NCBI RefSeq assembly: GCF_009914755.1
Contig: NC_060928.1
DNA length: 64,000 bases
DNA from: the human T2T-CHM13v2.0 reference genome, Homo sapiens
Strand: one strand, 5' to 3'
The notes beneath the pieces were generated by a model, which ran no database searches, was not told the DNA's origin, and saw nothing but the letters and a program-made list of their open reading frames with translations. Below, piece by piece: positions 14,709 through 34,560 of this stretch. Each line of letters opens with the position of its first letter. The stretch's first letter is position 1. The position numbers and the translations under genes were made by a program.

Positions 14709-15510
14709 ACTCTGTAAACAACAGCAGAACACACATTCTTCTCTAGCGCCCATGGAACACTCTTCAGGATACACCAATGTTACACACAAAACAAGTCCTT
14801 AAAAATTTAAGATTTAAATTACACAAAAATATCTTCTCTGACAACAATGAAATAAAACTAGAAATCAATAGCAGAAGAAAAACAGAAAAATCCACAAATA
14901 TGTACAAATTAAATAATACACTCTCCTACAAACAATAGATGAAAGAAAAAAATCAAAAGAGAATTTAGAAACTGTGGAGACAAATGAAAATTAAAAAGAT
15001 GGGATGCAGCAAAAGCAGTACTAAGAAGGAAGTTTATAGCAACAAAAACTCATAGCAATAAAATACTTACAGCAATAAAAATATTTACTTACATTAAAAA
15101 ATAAAAAATATCTAAAATCAATAACCTAACTTATAACCTAAGCAACTAGAAAAAGAAGAATGAGCTAAACTCAAAGTCAGCAGAAGGAAGTTTAAAATAA
15201 TAATTAAAACAGGTATAAATGAAATAGAAAATAGGAAAACAATTTTAAAATAAAACCAATTGTTGGTTTTTTGAAAAAATAAATAAAACCCTTCGGTAGA
15301 CTTAAGTGAGAAAAAAAAGACGACTCAAATAAATTAAAACCATAAATGAAAAAAGAGACATTACAACTAATGTCATAGAAATAAAAATGATTATGAGAAT
15401 ACTATCCACAATTATATGCCAACAAATCAGATGAATTAGATAAAATGGATAAAATTCTAAAAGCATACAGTCTACCAAGACTGAATCATTAATAAAAAAA
15501 TATGGAGAGA

Positions 15511-15587
15511 GCTGGTAATCTCAGCACTTTGGGAGGCCGAGGTGGGCGGATCACAAGGTCAGGAGTTTGAGACTAGCCTGGCCAACA
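15511..15587 (+). mobile_element. Alu left-arm internal fragment (no tail, no TSD)
   Basis: gtaatctcagcactttgggaggccgaggtgggcggatcacaaggtcaggagtttgagactagcctggccaac. Confidence 0.9.
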
Positions 15588-16320
15588 AAATGAAAAAGAG
15601 ATATCACCTCAAACCCACTAGAATGGCCACTATCCAAAGAACCAAAATTAACAATCATTGGTGAAGCTGCAGAGAAATTAGAACCCCTGCACACTGTTGG
15701 TGGGAATGTAAGTTTCTATAGCCATTATGGAAAACAGTATAGAGGTTCTTCAAAAAATTAAAAAGAGAATTACTACATGATCCAGCAATCCTACTTCTAG
15801 ATACATATCAAAAAGAATTCAAAGCATGATCTGTAAGAAATTTTGCACTCCCATGTTCATTGCAGCATTATCTACAATAGCCAAGAGGTGAAGGAAACCC
15901 AAATGTCCATTAACAGATGAATAAATAAAGAAAATGTGGTAAACACACACAGTGGAATATCACTAAGCCTTAAAGAGGGAAATCTTATACATGCTACAAC
16001 ATGGATAATTGAGGACTTTATGCTAAGTAAAATAAGCCAGTCACAAAAGAACCAATTCTGTATGATTCCACTCATACGTAGTATACAAAGTAGTCAAAAT
16101 AACAGAACCAGCATGAAAGAAATCCATTCGGCAAGGGCTGGAAAGAAGGGAGAGGAGGAAACAGTGTATAGTAGATTTAGAATTTCAGTGTTGTAACATA
16201 AAAAAATTCTAGAGATCTGTTGCCCAACAAAATCAATATACTTAACACTGCTGACATGTACACTTAAAAATGATTACGATGGTTAAATTTAAAAATTATG
16301 TCCTTTTTGCCACAATTTAA

Positions 16321-16480
16321 GAAAAGAAGAAGAAAGATAAAAAATCCATGATTTAAGCTTACTTCTAAAGAAGATTGAAAAAATGGCAAGTTAAGCTCAA
16401 AGAATATTTACAAAAGAAAATATAAAAAATAATAAAAGAATGAAATAGAAGAAATACATGAGAGATAAAATAAATTCAAC
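16321..16480 (+). mobile_element. Old host L1M ORF2, segment 2
   Basis: Continues from 12210 (aagaagaaagat...atgatttaagcttac). Confidence 0.65.
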
Positions 16481-21820
<5,340 letters not shown>

Positions 21821-21834
21821 ATAATAAAGTCAAC

Positions 21835-21975
21835 GGTTGGTCCTTTGTAAAGACTAGTAAAATCTATAAATTTCTAGAAAAATGATAGAAAAAAAGAGAA
21901 AACAAAATCATTAATATCAAGAATGAAGAAAAAAAAGACATCACTATAAATCTTAGAGATGTTAAAAATACAAGG
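21835..21975 (+). mobile_element. Old host L1M ORF2, segment 3
   Basis: ggttggtcctttgtaaagactagtaaaatctataaa continues ORF2 from 16480. Confidence 0.65.
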
Positions 21976-22605
21976 AGGTCCACACAAAAACCTACACATG
22001 GATGCTTATAGCAGCTTTATTCATAGTTGCCAAACCTCGAAAACAAGATGTCCCTTGATAAGTGAATGGATGTGGTGCATCCAGGCAATGGAAGCATTAA
22101 ACAGGGGAGCTATTTAACTCACAAGAATACCTGGAGAAACTTTGAATGCTCATTACTAAGTGAAAGAAGCCAAATTTAAACCACCACACACAGTCTATGA
22201 TTCCACCTATATGACATTCTAGAAAAGGCAAAGCTTTGGAGACAGTAAAAAGATCAGTGGTTTCCAGGGATTAGGTAGAGAATGGGATGAATAGGCAGAG
22301 CACAGAATATTTTCAGGGCAGTGGAACTATTTTGTATGATATTACAATGAGGGATGTAGATCATTATACATATGTAAAAAACCATAGATTGTACAGAACC
22401 AAGAGTGAACCCTAATGCAAACTTGGACTTTGAATGATAATGATGTGTTAATGTAGGTTCATTGATTGTAATAATTGTACCACTAAAGTGTGAGATGTGG
22501 GAAGTTGTGCATTTATGTAGGAGGGGCTATATGGAAACTCCCTGTACTTTCCACGCAATTTTGCAGTGAACTCAAAACTCTAAAAAATGAAATCTACTAA
22601 AAAAC
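21976..22605 (+). mobile_element. L1MC/MD-type 3' end
   Basis: tccacacaaaaacctacacatggatg...aagagtgaaccctaatgcaaac...aaaactctaaaaaatgaaatcta. Confidence 0.8.
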
Positions 22606-22610
22606 ATATA

Positions 22611-22775
22611 GACAAGGTGTGGTGGCATGCACCTGTAGTCACAGCTCCTGGGGAAGCTGCAGGAGTATGGCTTGAGCCCAGGAGTTCAAGGCTGCAGTGA
22701 GCCATGATTATGCCACTGCACTCCAGCCTAGGTGACAGAGCGAGACCCCAACTCAAAACAAACAAACAAAAAAAA
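22611..22775 (+). mobile_element. Alu right monomer (FRAM/AluJo-like)
   Basis: gcttgagcccaggagttcaaggctgcagtgagccatgatt...; (CAAA)n tail. Confidence 0.9.
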
Positions 22776-22791
22776 CTAAAAACAGCATATA

Positions 22792-22973
22792 GCTTGTTGG
22801 GGGAGGGTGGGCATGGGAGAGCATCCGGGAAAAGAGTTGATGCATGCTGGTCTTAATACCTAGGTGATGGGATGATCTGTGCAGCAAACCACCATGGCAC
22901 ACGCTTACCTATGTAACAAACCTGCACGTCCTGCACATGTATCCCCAAACTTAATTTAAAAAATTAATTTTTT
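22792..22973 (+). mobile_element. Short 5'-truncated L1PA (PA8-13-like) 3' end
   Basis: aatacctaggtgatggg...caaaccaccatggcacacg...aacctgcacgtcctgcacatgtatcc; 13-bp TSD aaaacagcatata (22779-22791, 22974-22986). Confidence 0.92.
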
Positions 22974-22986
22974 AAAACAGCATATA

Positions 22987-24562
22987 ATAAGAAATCATGA
23001 AAATGTAGATAAAATAATTAAATTTCTTGAAAATCTTTTACCAAAAATAGCAACAAAAATATCATTTATTTGTACTAAATGTATTAAAGTAATTCAAACC
23101 ATAATTAAAGAACAAGCTACGGCCAATCCGATAAAATATATGGAAGACCTCTACACAGAAAACTATAACAATTACTGAGTGAAATTTTAAGTGTTAATAG
23201 AGAGCTAAACCAAGTTAATGATTAAGGAGATTCAATATTTAAACATGTCAGTTCTCTTCTAATGTTCTCTTGATTCGATTTATTTCTAATCAAAATCCTT
23301 ACATGTATTCTGTGATAAGCTGATTTTAAAACTTATATGGAAAGTCAAAGAACTAAGAATGACTAAGTGAGTCATGAAGAAGAGCAAAGTTAGAGAATTT
23401 CCCTATCTGATATCAAGACATAAACTCACTGTAATAAGACAGTGTGATATTAGGACAAGGTTTGAGAGAAATGGGTTATTGGAAAATAGCAGAGAGTTCA
23501 TAAACAAATCCACACATATATGGCCACCAGCCTTATCATCTATGTAGTACAGCAGGGTAGTGGGGAAAGGATGCCTTTTTCTTTTTCAATAAATGGTACT
23601 GGATAAGCTGGATATTATTAAATGGGAAAAAGGAAGTAAACTTGGTCCCCATTTTGCATCATATTCTCAAAACACAATTCCAGGTGAATTTAATTTTAAA
23701 TGTGCAAGGTAAACTACTAAAGTTTTAGATGAAACTGTAAAACGCCTTTGTGACTTTGGGACTTGTAAAGATTTTTAAAACTGAACACAGCTACTAACCA
23801 TTAAAAAAAAACCCTATTCAACTTTGTTAAAATTATGATTCTCTAGGCTCACCAAAAGACATCATTAAGAGCGTGAAAAGGTAAAGAGGAATCTACATAC
23901 ATAAATTTATAAATATATACTTGTATGTATCAAGACATATGTATCTCCAAAATTATAAAGAACATCTATAAAGACCATCTAATAGACAATTGGACAAAGA
24001 CATGATGAAAAGCTACTTCACAGAAGAATATATTCAAATGGGCAAACGTGCCCATTTCAATCATTAGGGAAATGCAAATTAAAACCACAATGAAATACTA
24101 CCATGTACCTGTGAGAATATTAGTATGAAACACACACACATGACAAAAGCAAAAGTGAGTAAGGATTTGGAGCAACTAAATATCTTGTACATTGCTGTTG
24201 GGAATCTAAATTGATAAAATTTATTGGGAAACTCATTTAGGTTTTATACTAGCTCTAAGTACGACGTGGAAATTTTACTCTTAGTAAATACCCAAATAAG
24301 CGTATGTATACTCATACCAGCTTTATTTGTGCTAGCCATTTAAACAAATGCTAAACCTAGCCTAAATAACTCAAGATGATAGAAATCAGAATATTGATGA
24401 TTTTGGGGAGAGTGCATAATATCAGGGAGGGACATGAGAGATATCCCCGTGATGCTGATAATTTTCTATGTCTTCTGCTGAGTGATGTTTATGCTAGTGT
24501 ATTTACCTAATAGTTAATTTTAGATCTATATATCTTATGCAATTATACTTTAATAATAAAAA
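22987..24562 (+). mobile_element. Old L1M (L1ME-like) ORF2 remainder and 3' end
   Basis: agacctctacacagaaaacta; ggaaatgcaaattaaaaccacaatgaaatac; ends ttatactttaataataaaa. Confidence 0.7.
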
Positions 24563-25533
24563 TCGATGCCCCCCCGCCCCAACAAAATGAGATAGCAACT
24601 TAAAACTGTCCTTAAGGAATCACAGTTTTACTTATCATCAATACTTGGTTTAGAACACCAGCTGGTTCTAAACTCCAAACCCTTAGGGCTACATATAAAA
24701 GAGACCTAATTTTAAAACAGTTTATAGACTAATTAGTAAATTATGTAAATTCCAATTTATGTGTTCTAATAGTTTATTCTTTGTTGTACCTCATTAACAT
24801 GCAAAAATAAAGCATTTTCATCATTTACTTTTATTGACCCATGTTTACCTCTTATGTCCATAATATCAACATAGTCATATGAATGCATTACATTTACAAA
24901 TATTTATATGCAGTTAATACCTAATAGAATTCAGAAAAGTCTGACATTTTTAAAAACTTGTAAATGGTGTGAAGAAATTAATTTTGAAATTCCCATTTTC
25001 GTCACTACCCAGCTACTGAACTGGGAAAAAATTTATTATTTCTAGGTTGTAGACACAAGAGTGGTTTGAGCTTGGGCTTGTCACTTAATCTCTTTGTTGG
25101 GAGGTAAGTTATCAGAAATCAATAGCCTATTTTAGACAGTCACTGAGGTTGGTTCTAATTCTGACACACTAACTTAAATGTAAATTCAAAAGGATTCCCT
25201 GAAAGAGAGCATCTCAATCAGTCTTTTTATTGCTGCCTGATATGGGGAATGCCTCATTTCCTCCATAATTTTCTTGAATGATTAAATTAGGAATTAATTG
25301 AAGACAGGTGATTATTTCCAGCTTGCCCAGCATCAAATATATTGACTTTTCTTTGATTGGGCAAGTTTTACTTAGTACCCTCCAAGCCACAGTTAATAAA
25401 CCATCACTTACATTTTCCCAGACATATTAATCACATGACAGATGTTTGCTGCCTAAAGAGACACCAACTTATAAAGGACAGATGTAAATAGAAGAGTTAA
25501 TTAGGCCTAACAATCAACCTCTTAGATTTTTAT

Positions 25534-25583
25534 GAAAGTGTGAACTCATAAAAAAAAAAAAAAAAAAAGAAAGTGTGAACTCA
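25534..25583 (+). mobile_element. Orphan poly(A) insertion flanked by perfect 15-bp direct repeats
   Basis: gaaagtgtgaactca + T(A)19 + gaaagtgtgaactca. Confidence 0.8.
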
Positions 25584-25761
25584 ATGCCACAATTTGGCAT
25601 GACTTGTGTTTTCACCATATTTGATTAAGGCAAGTTTTAAAATCTTCCTTGGAAAAGACAAACTAGCCCATTTTATATTTTAAATTATTTAAATTATATT
25701 TTTCTCATTTTTTTAGAAATGAATTATTTTCAAAGTACAATTTGACATAAATAAACAAATA

Positions 25762-26065
25762 TTTTTGTGTGTTTTTTTGAGATGGAGTCTCACTCTGTGA
25801 ACCAGGCTGGAGTGCAGTGGAGTGATCTCGGCTCACTGTGACCTCTGCCCCTTGTGTTCTAGTGATTCTCCTGCCTCAGCCTCCTGAGTAGCTGGGATTA
25901 CAGGCACGTGCCACCATGCCTGGCTAATTTTTTTGCATTTTTAGTAGAGAAGATGGGGTTTCGCCATGTTGGCCTGGCTGGTCTTGAACTCCTGACCTCA
26001 AGTGATCCACCCGCCTCGGCCTCCCAAAGTGCTAGGATTACAGGCATGAGCAACTGCTCCCACCC
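25762..26065 (-). mobile_element. Alu (AluSx/Sz-like)
   Basis: gagatggagtctcactctg...ctcctgacctcaagtgatccacccgcctcggcctcccaaagtgct. Confidence 0.95.
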
Positions 26066-26115
26066 AACAAAATATGTTAATATCAAATGTGGCATAAATT
26101 TAAACAAAGGGAATA

Positions 26116-26431
26116 TGTAATTGTTTCAGTCAGGCTGTTTCAACAAAATACCATAGATTGTGCGGCTTAAACAAGAGATTATTTTGCACAGTTCTGGAGG
26201 CTGGGAAGTCCAAGATCAAGGAGGGAGCCCATTGTTTTCTAGTTGCGGGGAGAGGAAGCAACCTGATCTCTCTCTTCTTCTTACAATGACACTAATTCCA
26301 TAATGGGGGCTCTACTCTCATGGCCTCATTTAAACCTATTTACCTCCCAAAGGCCCCACCTCCAAATCATTACTTTCAGGCTTAGGACTTCAATATATGA
26401 ATTTTGGAGAGACACAAACATACAGTTTACA
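26116..26431 (-). mobile_element. MLT1A-like MaLR LTR
   Basis: caaaataccataga...cacagttctggaggctgggaagtccaagatcaagg...gaattttggagagacacaaaca. Confidence 0.85.
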
Positions 26432-26835
26432 ATGTAATTTTACAAAGAAAGGGACAAGAGCATTCTAGGCAAATAAAACCGTACACAGAAAATCACAAGG
26501 AGTATAGGAAAGTAAGTTACAAATTTCATCACAACAGAATAAGCAAGGCATGTAATGGGAGATCAAACTGAAAAGGCAGAGTTTGATCACACCATAAAGA
26601 GATTTTTATGATACATGGAGGCAATATTTTCTTCTCAGCAATGAGTGTTCATGAAAGATCAAGAGAAGGGTGACAAATCAAAGCATTACTTTAGGAAATT
26701 TTAATCCGAAAGAATGCTTGGAATGTAGCAATGGAAGATTTTTCCAAAGAGTATATAAAAATGCCTAGCATATATTAGGACCCCAAAACTATTTGTAAAA
26801 TATTGAATATACATAATATTTTACAGGAGTATAAT

Positions 26836-27030
26836 ATTTTAACTTTGAAGGGATATATATCATTTTAACTTTGAAGGAATATATGTATATATATATAAAG
26901 GGATATATATATATAAAGGGATATATATATATAAAGGGATATATATATATAAAGGGATATATATATATATATATATATAAAGGGATATATATATATATAT
27001 ATATATATCCCTTTATATCCCTTTAAAGTT
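26836..27030. repeat. AAAGGG(AT)n compound microsatellite ending in an inverted unit
   Basis: Five aaaggg(at)n units then ...atccctttatatccctttaaagtt. Confidence 0.95.
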
Positions 27031-27289
27031 ACCTCAATTCCTTTTTGTGAATGAAGAATAAAACTTCTGTGTAATGAAAACATCTACATATCCTTTCTTC
27101 CTGGAATAGTTTCACCCACTTAAAGACCTCATCACAATCCACAACTACAAACACACCACACACACAAAACCCCTTCCGACACACATTGTTCTTTATTTTA
27201 AGCTTTTCAGCCTCCCAGAAAGAAGAAATTGTGATTTCTTTTCTAATAACATTGGGAGCTTATTCACAATAACCAAGATATGGAAAACA

Positions 27290-28166
27290 ACAAAACTAAG
27301 CATAAATTAGGGTGTCCTTACTAAAATCAGACAAAGTAGTCAGAACATTTTATAACAATAATTAGCAATGTGTATGCATTCAATATCAGAGCATCAAAAT
27401 ACATAAAGTACAAACTGATAAAACTGAAAAAGGAAATAGACATATCCATAATTATGGTTGGATATTTCAATATTTTTGTATCAGAAATGTATAGAATAAG
27501 AAAACAGAAAATGAGTAGAAATATAGACTATAGACCAGAACAATATTATCAACCAACTTTATCTAATTGATATTTATGGGACACTCCACTCAACAACCAT
27601 AGAAAATACAGAATGATATACAGAATTCTTTTCAAGTGCATGTCAAATATCCATCAAGACAAGTCACAGGACCATAAAACAAGTCTTAAAAAAGTTAAAA
27701 AGATCAAAGTAATACCAAAAAAATTTTCTGATCACAATGCAATAAATTAGAAATCAGTAATAGATAGCTATCTGACAAATATTCAATGTTGACAAATGAA
27801 ACAACACATTTCCAAAGACCTATGGATCAAAGACAAAGTCATAAGAAAAATCATAATATAGTTTTAAATGCATGAAGAGAAAAATAAAACATCAAAATTT
27901 AAGATGCAGTCAAGACACCAATAGAGGCAAATAAGGATACAGGGCTAAAGTTAGGCATATAACTTTCTTCTCCAACTGGTGTGAAAGAGAAAAAAATTAA
28001 GCCCACATAAGGCAAAAGGAAGGAAGTAATATATGAAACACAAAATGAAGGAAAACTAGAAAAAAAATCAATGAAATCAAAAGATTTTTATAAATTATAT
28101 CAGTGAAATTGATACACCTCTAGCTAGATTGAACAAGAACACAAGGAGATAATAAATATTACTAAA
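27290..28166 (+). mobile_element. Old L1M ORF2 (second host L1), segment 1
   Basis: ORF 27370-27570 (RASKYIKYKLIKLKKEIDISIIMVGYFN) matches the ORF2p EN region. Confidence 0.8.
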
Positions 28167-29662
<1,496 letters not shown>

Positions 29663-29989
29663 AATAAATGCTACTAAAGCCAAGATGAAACAAATATCAT
29701 AACTGCAGGTGCTGCATATATATTAAAGCAATAATAAAAGAATATTTTGAAAGCTTAATGCTAAAACGTAATTTAGATGAAATTGACAAATGCCTTTAAA
29801 GACAAAAATTACAAGCTACTCAAGAAAAATAGAAAAGTCTGATTAGTTATATATTTATTGAGGAAATTAAATGTATAATCACCAAAACATTTTATGCAAA
29901 GAAAACTTCTGGCCCTGATAAATTATACACCAGTGAATTATACACTAGGAAGAAATGATACTAATATATAAGGAAGAAATGATACTAAT

Positions 29990-30286
29990 TTTGTTTTTTT
30001 TTTTAATTTATTTTTTCCAGACAGGGTCTTGCTGTATTGCCTAGGCTGGAATGCAGTGGCATGATCATAGTTCACTGCAGCCTCAAACTTCTGGGCTCGA
30101 GTGATACTCTCGTCTCAGCCTCCTGAGTAGCTGGGACTACATGTGCACACCACTATGCCTGGCTAATGTCTTAAATTTTCTGTAGAAACAGAGTGTCAGT
30201 ATGTTTCTCAGGCTGGTCTCAAGCAATCCTCTTGTCTTGGTCTTTCAAAGTGCTGGCATTACAAATGTGAGCCACAGCGCACATTC
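29990..30286 (-). mobile_element. AluJ-like
   Basis: agacagggtcttgc...catagttcactgcagcctc; flanks acta(a/g)tttt. Confidence 0.92.
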
Positions 30287-30384
30287 ACTAGTTTTATATA
30301 AATTATTTCAGCAACTTCAAGAAAAGTAAACACTTCCCAACTCATTGTATAAGGCCAACATTACCCCCATTAAAAAAATAAGAT

Positions 30385-30692
30385 GACAGGGTACAGTGGC
30401 TCTTGCCTGTAATTCCAACACTTTGGGAGGCTGAGGTGGGAGGATCACTTGAGCCCACAAATTTAAGACCAGCCTGGGCAACATAACATGACCTTGGCTC
30501 TATAAAAAATACGAAAATTAGCTGGGAGTAATGGCGCACACCTGTGGTCCCAATTATTTGGAAGGCTGAGGTGGGAGGATTGCTTTGAGTCCAGGAAGTT
30601 GAGGCTACAGTGAGCCAGGTTTGCACCGCTGCACTTCAGCTTGGACAACATAGTGAGACCCTGTCTAAAAAACTAAAATAAAATAAAAATAA
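30385..30692 (+). mobile_element. AluJ-like
   Basis: gggaggatcacttgagccc...gaggctacagtgagcc; A-rich tail. Confidence 0.92.
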
Positions 30693-30981
30693 ATGATAAA
30701 ACAACAAACAATGATATTACAAAGCAAAAAGCTATAGATCAATACCCTTCATAAATGTAAACATATACATCTTTAATAAAGTATGAAAAATAGGATCCAG
30801 CAACATGAAAATCTTAATGTATCATTACTAGTTAGGGTCTACCCCAGATATGTAAGATTGGTTTAGCATTCAAAATAAGTTAATGCAATTTAGTGCATTA
30901 AAACAACAAAGTAAGAAATCATATGATATTCTCATAGATGCAGAAAAAAAAGCATATGACAAAATTTAACATAACTAATGA

Positions 30982-31279
<298 letters not shown>

Positions 31280-32422
31280 TGATTTTTAAATATCCCAGAA
31301 AATTATAAATAGAAACGTACTCCTTGACCTGATAGAGGACACTTAAGAAAAATTTACAGTAACATACTAAACAGTGAAAGACTGGATGCTTTCTCTTTAG
31401 GATTGGTAGCAAGACAAGAATCTCTAGTTAAATATGATCTCCTCCCCATCTACACCTACTTTCACCACTTCCATTTAACATTGTATTGGAGATCCTAGCC
31501 AATGCAACAAGGCAAAAAAAAAAATTTAAATAAAGTAAAGAACATACAGATTGAAAAAAAAAAGAACAAAAGTTCACGATCCTGTATGTAGAAATCCTAA
31601 GAAGTCTACAAAAAGCCACTACAAAGAGTTTTAAAAAATTAGTTCAGCAAATTCACAGGATATAAGGATAATATAAAAATCAAAAATCAATTGCCTTCTA
31701 ATATACTAGCATTTACTGTAAAACTACAATAATATAGTCAATGTTGTATTATTGTATGAATAGAAATGCAGCTTAAACAAACAGACTGAGACATGCATAT
31801 GTAGCCAACTGATTTTTGACAAAGATGTGAGTTACTTCAACAGAGAAGTACCTTTCAGCAACTGATATCCATTTGGAAAAACAATGAACCTCAACTATTA
31901 TCACATATTTTGTACCAAAATTAACTTGAAGTTAATCATAGACACTAATATAAAGGCAAAAACTTTAAAACGTGTATAAGAAAACACAGAGAAAATTTTC
32001 ACAATCTAATATTTCTTAAATGAGACCCCAAAAGCCCAAATAAAAGGAAAAAAATGATAAATTAGAATTGGTCAAAATAAAAAATTTCCGTTGCTGAAAT
32101 AAAATACCAACAAAATGAAACAAGTTTTCTTACACATGTAGGAAAATAATATTTACTAAAAACATATCTGACAAAGGATTGAACTTCAACATATGAACAA
32201 CCCTTACAAATCAACAAGGGAAAAAAAATCTCACAAATGATTTCAATGGATCCTTACAAAAAATAGGTATATCAATGGCCAATAAGCACATGAATAAATA
32301 TTTAACATCATTAATCTTTAGGCAAATGCAAAGTGAAACCGTCATGTGATGCCAAAACACACACATTAGAATGACTAAAAGAAAACTTAAGAGACGGTAA
32401 TGAAATTAAAGTTAAAAAGATT

Positions 32423-32923
32423 TACGGTATTTGGGTTCTCCAGAGCATAAAAGCATTTACTATAAGGAATTGGCTCACACAATTAGGGTGGCTGAGAAGT
32501 TCCAAGATCTGCTGTTGGCAAGCTGGAGACCTTGGAGAGCCAGTGGTATAGTTCCAGTCTGAGTTTGAAGGAATGACAACCAGGAAAGCCAATTGTGTAA
32601 GTTTTAGTCCAAAAGGCAGCAGGTTTGAGATCCAAGAAGAGCTGATGTTTTAGATTGAACCCAAAGGCAGAAAAAGACCAGTGTTTCATCTCAGGCAGTC
32701 AGGCAGAAGTTCTCTCCTACAGGGAGGTCAGCCTTTTGGGTCTGTTCAGGCCTTCAACTGATTGGATAAGGCCCACCTACATTAAGCAGGGCAATCTGCT
32801 TTACTCAGTCTACTGATTCAAATGTTAACCTCATCTAAAACACCCTCACAGATACACTCAGAATAATGTTTAGCCAAATATGTTGGCACCCCAGTCAATT
32901 CGACATATAAAACTAACCGTCAC
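32423..32923 (-). mobile_element. MLT2 (ERVL) LTR, MLT2C/D-like
   Basis: gggttctccagag...tataaggaattggctcacaca...gggcaatctgctttactcagtctac...aactaaccgtcaca. Confidence 0.85.
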
Positions 32924-33142
32924 ACTTACCATACCAAGCCTCTTTGTTGAAGGAAACGTACAAACCTGTTGGGAAGAAGTTTGGTAATTTCTTATAAAGT
33001 TTTAATGCCCTTACTTTATGACCTAGTAATTAAATCCCCAGGTATTTATCAGAGAAATAAAAACCTGTGACCACTCAAATACCTGTGCATAAGTGATCTT
33101 CATTAATAGTAATTGTTAATTATTGTTAATAAAGATTATTTA

Positions 33143-33277
33143 TTGTTATTTTATTTTATTTTAAATTCTGGGATACATGTGCAGGTTTGTTACATAGGTG
33201 AATGTGTGCCATGGTGTTTCGCTGCACCTATCAACCTATCAACTAGTTATTAAGCCGCACATGCATTAGCTATTTAA
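33143..33277 (-). mobile_element. Short L1PA 3' end
   Basis: gatacatgtgcaggtttgttacatagg...gccatggtg; flanked by ttattgttaataaa(g/a)attattta. Confidence 0.88.
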
Positions 33278-33781
33278 GTTTATTGTTAATAAAAATTATT
33301 TATGTACAATAAATTCAAATCTTTATTGTTTAGAAATTTGTGCAAAGAACACAGCAGACCACAGAATTACTTGTACATGAATTATTTTTATTCATAATTG
33401 TTAAAAACTGGAAACAACCCTAGTATTTATCAACAGACAAATGGCCTAAAAATGTGGTATATTCATAAAATGGAATATTTCTCAGCAATAAAAAGAAAGA
33501 AATTAACTACTCATACATGCAACAACACAAATATCAAAAATACACCAAGTGAAAAAAAAAGGCTCGTACAAAAGACCACATACTATAGAATCACATTTAT
33601 ATGAAACTCTAGAAAGACAAATATAATCTATAGTGACAGTAAACAGCAAGAGTTGTCTTTGCTTTGGGCTGGAATGGAAAAATTTTTTAGAACAGCTTGT
33701 AGGAAATTTTGTCAGAGTGATGGAAATGTTTTATATCTCGATTGTTGTAGTGGTTACCCAGGTGTATAAATCTGTAAAAAC

Positions 33782-34134
33782 TGTATGGACAGAATATTTA
33801 TGTCCCCCCTACCAATTTATATGTTGAAATCCTAGCCCCCCAGTGTGTTAGTATTAGGAAGCAGAGCCTTTGGGAGGGAATTAGGTCATGGGCATTGGAT
33901 TAATGTCTCTATAAAAGAGACCCCAGAAACTTCTCTTGCTCTTTTTCCACTATGTGAAGATAGAATGAGAGGTCAGCAATCTGCAACTAGAAGAAAGCCC
34001 TCACCTGACCATGCTGACACCCTAATTTCAGTTGTTCAGCCTCTAGAACTATGAGAAATAAATTTCTGCTGTTTACAAATCACACAACCTATTGATGGTA
34101 TTGGTACTTTATTATAGCAGCCAGAACTAAGACA
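33782..34134 (+). mobile_element. MLT1A0-like MaLR LTR
   Basis: tatgttgaaatcctag...cagcctctagaactatgagaaataaatttctg...aactaagaca. Confidence 0.85.
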
Positions 34135-34334
34135 TTCATCAAATTTTACATTTAAAATAGATACATTTTGTTATATGTAAAATTTATCTCAATAAATTTG
34201 ATTTAGGGAAAATAGGAATACACAATAATGTCGGAATTTAAGACTGATCAAATATTAAATTGTAAATTAAATTGATAAATGTTAAATTGTTAACAAAACC
34301 TGGAAATTTAAGAATAACTACTAGTAACAAATAA

Positions 34335-34560
34335 AAGTGACTATAATTTATTGAGTACTTATTAGCGGTAAGATACTCTGCTAAACACTTGAATACATTA
34401 TTTTATTTTATCTTTTAAAATTAACCCAAAGGTTAATACTCTTAATCCCATTTTACAGATGAAGAAACTAATACCTAGTGAGTTTACATTCCTAGACAAC
34501 ATTCATGTTATCACATTCAACTGAGTGGCAAAGCTAGGTCCTCGTTCCAGCCATGAGTAA
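34335..34560 (-). mobile_element. MIR
   Basis: tcccattttacagatgaagaaact core. Confidence 0.75.

Larger units (their letters stand above)
12211..16320 (+). mobile_element. L1MA10/L1MB-like LINE-1 with 5' end, internally deleted ORF2 and 3' UTR
   Basis: 5' end gaggagagtgacatcagcaagatggc; ORF1/ORF2-like sequence at 13000-15500; 3' UTR tagagatctgttg...tacacttaaaaatg...ccacaattt. Confidence 0.8.
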
